From an uncultured Acidobacteriaceae bacterium (GTDB lineage Bacteria > Acidobacteriota > Terriglobia > Bryobacterales > Bryobacteraceae), in the NCBI GenBank assembly GCA_963849445.1, contig CAWKHS010000002.1:13222-77221 (forward strand): a stretch of 64,000 nt of DNA, in the 5' to 3' direction. The notes under the pieces are model-generated. The model did not search any database and was not told the origin of the DNA. It saw only the letters and a program-made list of their open reading frames with translations. Positions 58,935 to 64,000 of this stretch are shown here, in pieces; position 1 is the stretch's first letter; each line of letters opens with the position of its first letter. The position numbers and the translations under genes are program-made.

Positions 58935-58971
58935 TTGACTTCTTCCCTATTCCAGGCTATATATAGGCTGG
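58935..58971 (+). promoter_or_regulatory. Sigma70-like promoter with an overlapping 20-bp near-palindrome (candidate PadR operator)
   Basis: TTGACT (58935-58940), a 17-nt spacer, then TATATA (58958-58963). The palindrome ccaggctatatataggctgg (58952-58971) has one mismatched pair. It lies 13 nt upstream of the padR start. Confidence 0.45.
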
Positions 58972-58983
58972 ACAGGGAACAAG

Positions 58984-59316
58984 TTGCCTGAAGAATCGCC
59001 TCAACTATTACCCGGCACGCTCTACATGCTGATCATGCGGACTCTGGCGCGTGGCCCACTGCACGGATACGCCATTGCCAAACGGATCAAGGAATGCTCC
59101 GCCGACGTGCTTGCGGTAGAGGAAGGTTCGTTGTACCCGGCCTTGAACCGCATGCTGCTAAAAGGTTGGCTGCGCGCCGAGTGGGGGACTTCGGATACGA
59201 ACCGCAAGGCACGCTTTTATGAGCTTACGAAGGCGGGCCAGAAACAGCTTGCCGCCGAGGCAACTGAATTCAGCAAGCTGGTGACGGCGATTCAGCTTGT
59301 GATGAAGACGGCGTAG
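58984..59316 (+). CDS. PadR family transcriptional regulator
   Basis: HGYAIAKRI...EGSLYPALNRMLLKGWL...RKARFYELTKAG is the PadR winged helix. Confidence 0.85.
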   Translation: MPEESPQLLPGTLYMLIMRTLARGPLHGYAIAKRIKECSADVLAVEEGSLYPALNRMLLKGWLRAEWGTSDTNRKARFYELTKAGQKQLAAEATEFSKLVTAIQLVMKTA

Positions 59317-59331
59317 GGAGGCAGTATTCAG

Positions 59332-61938
59332 ATGATGAGGGAACTTTGGCTTCGATTACGCTGGTTGGCCCGCCGGGCGCGCTTTCGTTCCGAGCTTTCC
59401 GATGAGATGGAGTTTCATATAGAAAGCCGGGCAGAAGAACTCGCACGGTCCGGCATGGCGCGGACTGAAGCCTTCACGCTCGCGCGCCGGGAATTTGGTT
59501 CACGCGTGAAAGCCATCGAAGACACCTCCGGCGCTTGGCAAATGCGATGGCTGGAGGACCTATGTTCCGATCTACTCTATGCGTGCCGCGCATTTCGGCG
59601 CAATCCAGGGTTTGCGTTGACGGCAATTTTTTGTCTGGCCCTGGGAATCGGCGCAAATACAACGATTTTCAGTATCACGACCAGCTTTCTGTTCAGCCAA
59701 CCGTCCTGCCGTGACAGCGCTTCGCTGATTGCCATCTGGCAAGGGGGAAATAGCGCGTCTTCACTCCGCGACTATGAATTTCTTCGGGCAGCGAATATTT
59801 TCGACGGCATGGCGGGCATCAATGTCGAGCGTGAGGTGAACTGGCGCGACGCCGAACACACCCGCCGGTTTTATGCCGGCACGGTGAGCAACGATTTCTT
59901 CACCACGTTGGGCATTCCTTTTCTGATGGGACGCGGAATAGCACTTCACGAGACCGATGCGGTTGTCATCTCAGAGCGGGTTTGGCGCGGCGAGTTCGGC
60001 GGCGATCCAGCGATTCTCGGCAGAAAAATGATTTTGGATGGCAGAGCGTACAACATCGTCGGCGTGCTTCCAGCAAATCATCGCTCCATTGTCGGCTTCA
60101 GCATTTCGCCCCACGTCTACCTGCGCGCCCTCCATGACGATGAACCCGCGCAGTTTTACGCGCGCTTACCGAAAGGCATGACGATTCCGATCGCGCGGGC
60201 CCGTATCGAAAGTGTGCTTCACCAGCTTGATCGCATTCGCCCAATAGAAGGCTGGCCGCGAACCAGGCGACTCCGAGTGACGGGCATAACAGGGTTTGAC
60301 GTGCTCAACCAGGAGATACCCGGTGCAGTCACGGCCTTTTTCGCCATGCTGATGATTGTCGCCGGGCTGGTGTTGCTGATCGCTTGCACAAATGTAGCCA
60401 GCCTCTTATTGGCGCGCGGTTCCAGCCGCTCCCATGAACTCGCGATTCGGCTGTCGCTCGGAGCCGGCCGGCAGCGGATCGTCCGGCATCTACTGGCTGA
60501 AAGCCTGTTGCTGGCCGTTTTGGGATCGTTCGCGGGTGTGATGGTCGATCTCTCTTGCGCGTATTGGATTGGCAAAATCGATCTGCCTGTACCGGTTCCG
60601 CTGCACTTCGTCATTTTGCCTGACTGGCGGCTCCTCGGGTACTCACTGTGTTTAGTGCTCGCGAGCATGCTCCTCAGCGGCTTTCTGCCCGCGCTCAAAG
60701 CAGCCCGACGGGATGTGAACCACGCATTGAAACAAGAAGAGCACCAGACTAGCGGCGCGTGGAATTTGCGCAGCGGTATGGTTGCCGCGCAACTCGCGGT
60801 ATCGATCGTGTTGCTCGCGGCGGCGTTGCTGTTCGTGCACAACCTGCTTCGGGCCACCTCCACAAACCCGGGCTTCGATGTACAAAAGACGGTCTGGGCC
60901 TATATGCGGCTGGTGCCGGACAATTATAGAGATCCCAATCAGACCAAGCAAATGGTCCTGGTGCGTTCAGGGCTAGAGCGGTTGCGCGCTTTGCCCGGCG
61001 TGGAGTCCGCTGCCATTGCGCGGGGTGTTCCGTTGAACGACAATTGCGTTGTTGGCGCCCCTGTTCGCACGGATATCTCGCGAACCGCAGTCCCGGTGGA
61101 ATATCAATGCAACAATGTCGGCCCCGATTACTTCCGGACTCTTGGCATTGCCATTCTGCGCGGCCGTGAGTTTACTGGGCGAGATCGAAAAGACTCGCAG
61201 CCCGTCGTGATCGTAAGCCAGAATTTTGCCCATACCGTTTTCGGCGATATCGACCCAGTCGGGCATACGATTACCGCGGAACTTCCGAATGAGAAAAGCA
61301 AGCTCGTGGTCGGCGTCGCCAAAGACAGCAAATACTTCACGCTGAGCGAGAAACAGCGGCTCGCCGTGTATGAGCCGTATTTTGCCTCTGAGGAGCCAGT
61401 CAATCTGCAGTTTTTGATTCGCACTGCGGGTCCGCCTGCGAGCTTCGTCAAGCCCATCACAGATGCGCTGGCTGGCCTCGATTGGACCTCCGCGATAGAA
61501 ACGAAGCCGATGAGCCGAGCGCTCGGGTTGGCCTTGCTGCCGAGTCGAGTGGGAGCCGCGATGCTGGGCGTCATGGGACTGCTTGGTCTGTTGCTTGCCG
61601 CCATTGGACTGTATGGCGTGCTGCTGTATTCCGTTTCCGGGCGAACACGGGAAATCGGTGTTCGCGTAGCGCTGGGTGCAAATCGGTCAGACGTGTTGCA
61701 ACTCATAACCCGGCATAGCTTCGCGCTGGTCGGAAGCGGCATGCTGGCGGGTCTGGTTCTTTCCTTCTTTGCGGTGCAGCCGCTTGCTCAATTTTTGGTT
61801 CCCGGAATGAATGCTCTGGATTCGGCGGCGTTTCTGGCGGTGATCGGCGTGCTGGCGGCGGTTGCGGTGCCGGCAATTCTCGTTCCCGCATTACGAGCTC
61901 TGCGCGTGGATCCAATGAGCGCTTTGAGGTATGAGTAA
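59332..61938 (+). CDS. ADOP family duplicated permease (MacB/FtsX-like)
   Basis: 868 aa with a permease-prefix N-terminus (LRWLARRARFRSELSDEMEFH) and two FtsX-type 4-TM modules. The pairing with PadR is typical. Confidence 0.85.
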   Translation: MMRELWLRLRWLARRARFRSELSDEMEFHIESRAEELARSGMARTEAFTLARREFGSRVKAIEDTSGAWQMRWLEDLCSDLLYACRAFRRNPGFALTAIFCLALGIGANTTIFSITTSFLFSQPSCRDSASLIAIWQGGNSASSLRDYEFLRAANIFDGMAGINVEREVNWRDAEHTRRFYAGTVSNDFFTTLGIPFLMGRGIALHETDAVVISERVWRGEFGGDPAILGRKMILDGRAYNIVGVLPANHRSIVGFSISPHVYLRALHDDEPAQFYARLPKGMTIPIARARIESVLHQLDRIRPIEGWPRTRRLRVTGITGFDVLNQEIPGAVTAFFAMLMIVAGLVLLIACTNVASLLLARGSSRSHELAIRLSLGAGRQRIVRHLLAESLLLAVLGSFAGVMVDLSCAYWIGKIDLPVPVPLHFVILPDWRLLGYSLCLVLASMLLSGFLPALKAARRDVNHALKQEEHQTSGAWNLRSGMVAAQLAVSIVLLAAALLFVHNLLRATSTNPGFDVQKTVWAYMRLVPDNYRDPNQTKQMVLVRSGLERLRALPGVESAAIARGVPLNDNCVVGAPVRTDISRTAVPVEYQCNNVGPDYFRTLGIAILRGREFTGRDRKDSQPVVIVSQNFAHTVFGDIDPVGHTITAELPNEKSKLVVGVAKDSKYFTLSEKQRLAVYEPYFASEEPVNLQFLIRTAGPPASFVKPITDALAGLDWTSAIETKPMSRALGLALLPSRVGAAMLGVMGLLGLLLAAIGLYGVLLYSVSGRTREIGVRVALGANRSDVLQLITRHSFALVGSGMLAGLVLSFFAVQPLAQFLVPGMNALDSAAFLAVIGVLAAVAVPAILVPALRALRVDPMSALRYE

Positions 61939-62125
61939 ATCGCGAACCTTCCTGGATCAACTGACCGCGCCGAGAGACGTATTCGTTCGTGCGCACGTCA
62001 CCGATAATCCCTCCGGGTAGAACTTCCAGGTCGAGAAGACTTCCGATTGGGGTTGCGTCCTGGGACCCGCATCGATCGTGGAGTTATTCCGAAATCTGCC
62101 CTTCGTCAGTCCGGCCGTCGGACAG

Positions 62126-62770
62126 TCAGAAGCTCCTGAGCAAGAAATTTTTTGTGCTCGCCAATATTCTCTCGCTCGCATTTCGATCAGAGATCATCCG
62201 GGCCATCTCGACCGCCCCTATCATGGTGGAAAAAATCGCAAAAAATGCCCGCTCCTTGTCCACGGCTCTCCTTCCAGGCATGAATGGAAGAAGTCGACTT
62301 TTATATTCCACCATCGCAGTCGTGATTCGCTTCTTGGTCCCGGCATCGCCTCGTGCCAATTCGGGAGCAAGGGCCGCCAAGGGGCAGCCGGTTTCCGGAT
62401 GGTGACAGTGATCCGGGCTGAGATATTCGCGGACAATTGCCTTCCACGCACTAGTCGATGGAACCCGCTCCGCAGCCTTTAGCAGGCGAGCGCTCATCTG
62501 CTCGAAGCCCTCTGTGACGGACTCCGCAAGCAAATCATCCTTGCTGGAGAAATGCTTGTAAAATCCTCCGTGAGTCAAGCCGGTATCACGCATCACGTCG
62601 GCGACTCCGGCACCGTGGAGACCCTCCGCGCGAAAGCGCCGCGAGGCATCCTCGACAATTTTCTTGCGGGTTTCCGGCTTATGTTCCGGTGAGTAACGCA
62701 CAGTGTCTGTAGGATGACGCAGATCATCCCACAGACACAAGTTGCTCCGTTTTGCGGTATTCGCACCCAC
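62126..62770 (-). CDS. TetR/AcrR family transcriptional regulator
   Basis: The HTH is TRKKIVEDASRRFRAEGLHGAGVADVMRDTGLTHGGFYKHFSSKDDL. The start is uncertain. Confidence 0.8.
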   Translation of the reverse strand: MGANTAKRSNLCLWDDLRHPTDTVRYSPEHKPETRKKIVEDASRRFRAEGLHGAGVADVMRDTGLTHGGFYKHFSSKDDLLAESVTEGFEQMSARLLKAAERVPSTSAWKAIVREYLSPDHCHHPETGCPLAALAPELARGDAGTKKRITTAMVEYKSRLLPFMPGRRAVDKERAFFAIFSTMIGAVEMARMISDRNASERILASTKNFLLRSF

Positions 62771-62856
62771 ATCAGTTGAATCGATAGGATGTCACTCATC
62801 ATCCCATACACACACAGGCTGCACGGCAAGTGCAGCACCGTGGGAAGGAGAATGGA

Positions 62857-63771
62857 ATGTCACATTCGATTTTGGTCACCGGCGCTGCCGGAGGCTCTCA
62901 AGGGTCCACCGGCCGCCAGGTTGCAAATCTTTTGATGGACCAAGGCATCGGAATTCGAGCCCTCGTCCATAAACTCGATGCGAGGTCCAGTTCTTTGCGT
63001 GGGCGTGGCGCCGAAGTCGTAGAAGCCGATCTGTTGGATCCGGCATCCGTCCGCTCGGCTTTCAATGGCATCAAGCGCGCCTATTTCACCTACCCAGTGA
63101 CCCACGGCCTGCTTGAGGCGGCGTCGATCTTCGCCGCGGCAGCGCGCGATGCCGGCGCGGAGCTCATACTTAACAATTCGCAGCTTCAGAGTACGCCCGA
63201 CGCACCGAGCTTTCGCAATTTGCAACATAGGCTTGCCGACTGCATATTCGACTGGGCGCAGGTTGGGGCCGTTCACATCCAGGCGCCACCGTATTACGAG
63301 AATTTACGCGCTCTCGTATCGAAGAGCGTCGCCGAAAGCAATACCGTGTTCCTCCCGTGGGGCAATGGGGATGCTGTGTTCCCATTGGCGAGCGCGCAAG
63401 ACCTGTCGAACGTCGCGGCCACCCTTCTCGCCAATGCCGGCGTTCCCTCCAGAAAGGCTTATGAGGTGATCAGCGAGACACCGACGGTGAACGAGATCGT
63501 CGAAACGCTCAGCCGTGCACTGGAAAGACCGATACGGTATGTCGAGATCACGGACGAGCAGTGGATCGAAGCCGTGAAGAATGGTCTCAATCCGCACGCC
63601 CTGGACCACCTGTCGCATCTATGGCGATACTTTCGCTCTTCTGGAATCCGCAAAGACCAACAAGGCTATCGTGTCACGGAGACCGTGCGTGCCGTAACGG
63701 GCAAGGATCCGTTGAGCCTGGAACAGTTCTTCAGAAGCAACGCAGCAGCATTGGCGGGGGCGACTATATGA
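62857..63771 (+). CDS. NmrA family NAD(P)-binding protein
   Basis: MSHSILVTGAAGGSQGSTGRQV forms the Rossmann motif. The gene is divergent from TetR. Confidence 0.8.
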   Translation: MSHSILVTGAAGGSQGSTGRQVANLLMDQGIGIRALVHKLDARSSSLRGRGAEVVEADLLDPASVRSAFNGIKRAYFTYPVTHGLLEAASIFAAAARDAGAELILNNSQLQSTPDAPSFRNLQHRLADCIFDWAQVGAVHIQAPPYYENLRALVSKSVAESNTVFLPWGNGDAVFPLASAQDLSNVAATLLANAGVPSRKAYEVISETPTVNEIVETLSRALERPIRYVEITDEQWIEAVKNGLNPHALDHLSHLWRYFRSSGIRKDQQGYRVTETVRAVTGKDPLSLEQFFRSNAAALAGATI

Positions 63772-64000
63772 ACCCGCGTGCTGTCTTCGGGCTTAGCATT
63801 CTGATGAGCTCGCTCACTTCCATCGTCATTGCCGCGCTGTTTGCGTGGCCCTGGCTGAAAAGCGTGAATCGGGGGAAAGCGCTAGTCTGGCTCGTCGCGC
63901 CGCATATGTTTCTCCGCTTTCTTGGCCTCAGCTTCTTGGTGCCTGGGGTGGTTTCCACAGCTTTGCCGAGAACGTGGGCAGCAGCAGCAGCCTACGGAGA
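63768..64000 (+). CDS. Hypothetical membrane protein, 5' fragment (continues beyond the window)
   Basis: The ATG overlaps the NmrA stop (ATGA). The translation is hydrophobic: MNPRAVFGLSILMSSLTSIVIAALFAWPWL... Confidence 0.4.
   Translation, partial: MNPRAVFGLSILMSSLTSIVIAALFAWPWLKSVNRGKALVWLVAPHMFLRFLGLSFLVPGVVSTALPRTWAAAAAYG

Noticed and set aside
61957-62181. Minus-strand ORFs in the convergent gap between the ADOP permease and TetR (for example ...LDLEVLPGGIIGDVRTNEYVSRRGQLIQE), considered as a gene remnant
   Set aside because: The fragment is short with no recognisable family. It overlaps the 3' ends of both neighbours, and I could not support it beyond a vaguely protein-like composition.
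1-64000. tRNA, rRNA, tmRNA, RNase P and riboswitch candidates in the larger intergenic gaps (1737-1950, 3525-3682, 7719-7908, 24678-24949, 47723-47980, 53286-53508, 58539-58983)
   Set aside because: None showed a cloverleaf-compatible acceptor/T-arm pattern or conserved riboswitch cores that I could recognise by eye. A covariance-model scan (Infernal/Rfam, tRNAscan-SE) would be needed to exclude them properly.

Overview
This is a 64 kb chromosomal segment, about 58% GC, with no rRNA, tRNA, CRISPR array, transposase or integrase that I could recognise. The gene content looks like Acidobacteriota: a PadR plus ADOP duplicated-permease pair, DUF1080, DUF362 and Gfo/Idh/MocA-type sugar genes, and a TonB-ExbB-ExbD-ExbD-TPR block.

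Contents from left to right:
- A small islet with two toxin-antitoxin pairs (DUF433/DUF5615 and BrnT/BrnA) and a 3.4 kb MmeI-like type IIL restriction-modification gene. Every member of the islet is disrupted.
- A sugar-utilisation cluster: SDR, DUF1080, MFS sugar porter, ROK kinase, Tat-DUF362 and a TIM-barrel isomerase.
- DUF3565 and DUF763, divergent from a membrane-anchored MutS-domain ATPase.
- A lytic transglycosylase, fabH and a SprT-like protease.
- A minus-strand trio of unknown function that includes a secreted protein built from nine 51-bp tandem repeats, next to a CI/LexA-like regulator.
- pheA and glnA, then xseA-queC-queE-mqnA followed by a mini MqnC/E-like ORF.
- TPR-exbD-exbD-exbB-tonB, then secF-secD-yajC-tgt.
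- A decayed Gfo/Idh/MocA remnant fused to a hypothetical-family paralog.
- A copper cluster: a Cys/His-rich small protein, a multicopper oxidase, a TolC-like protein and copA.
- ppa, DUF4142, YkgJ, a YegD-like Hsp70, galM, a cytidylate-kinase-like gene and DoxX.
- An RND pump with its adaptor, PadR-ADOP, and TetR-NmrA.

The most striking property is that about 13 of roughly 70 genes are broken by frameshifts or stops, including secD, secF and copA, while many multi-kb ORFs stay intact. I cannot tell from sequence alone whether this is real gene decay or assembly indels.

I found no clearly novel multi-gene system. The best leads are the repeat-protein cluster (its repeat-to-repeat DNA variation is entirely synonymous), the eroded TA/R-M islet, and the mini MqnC/E-like ORF.
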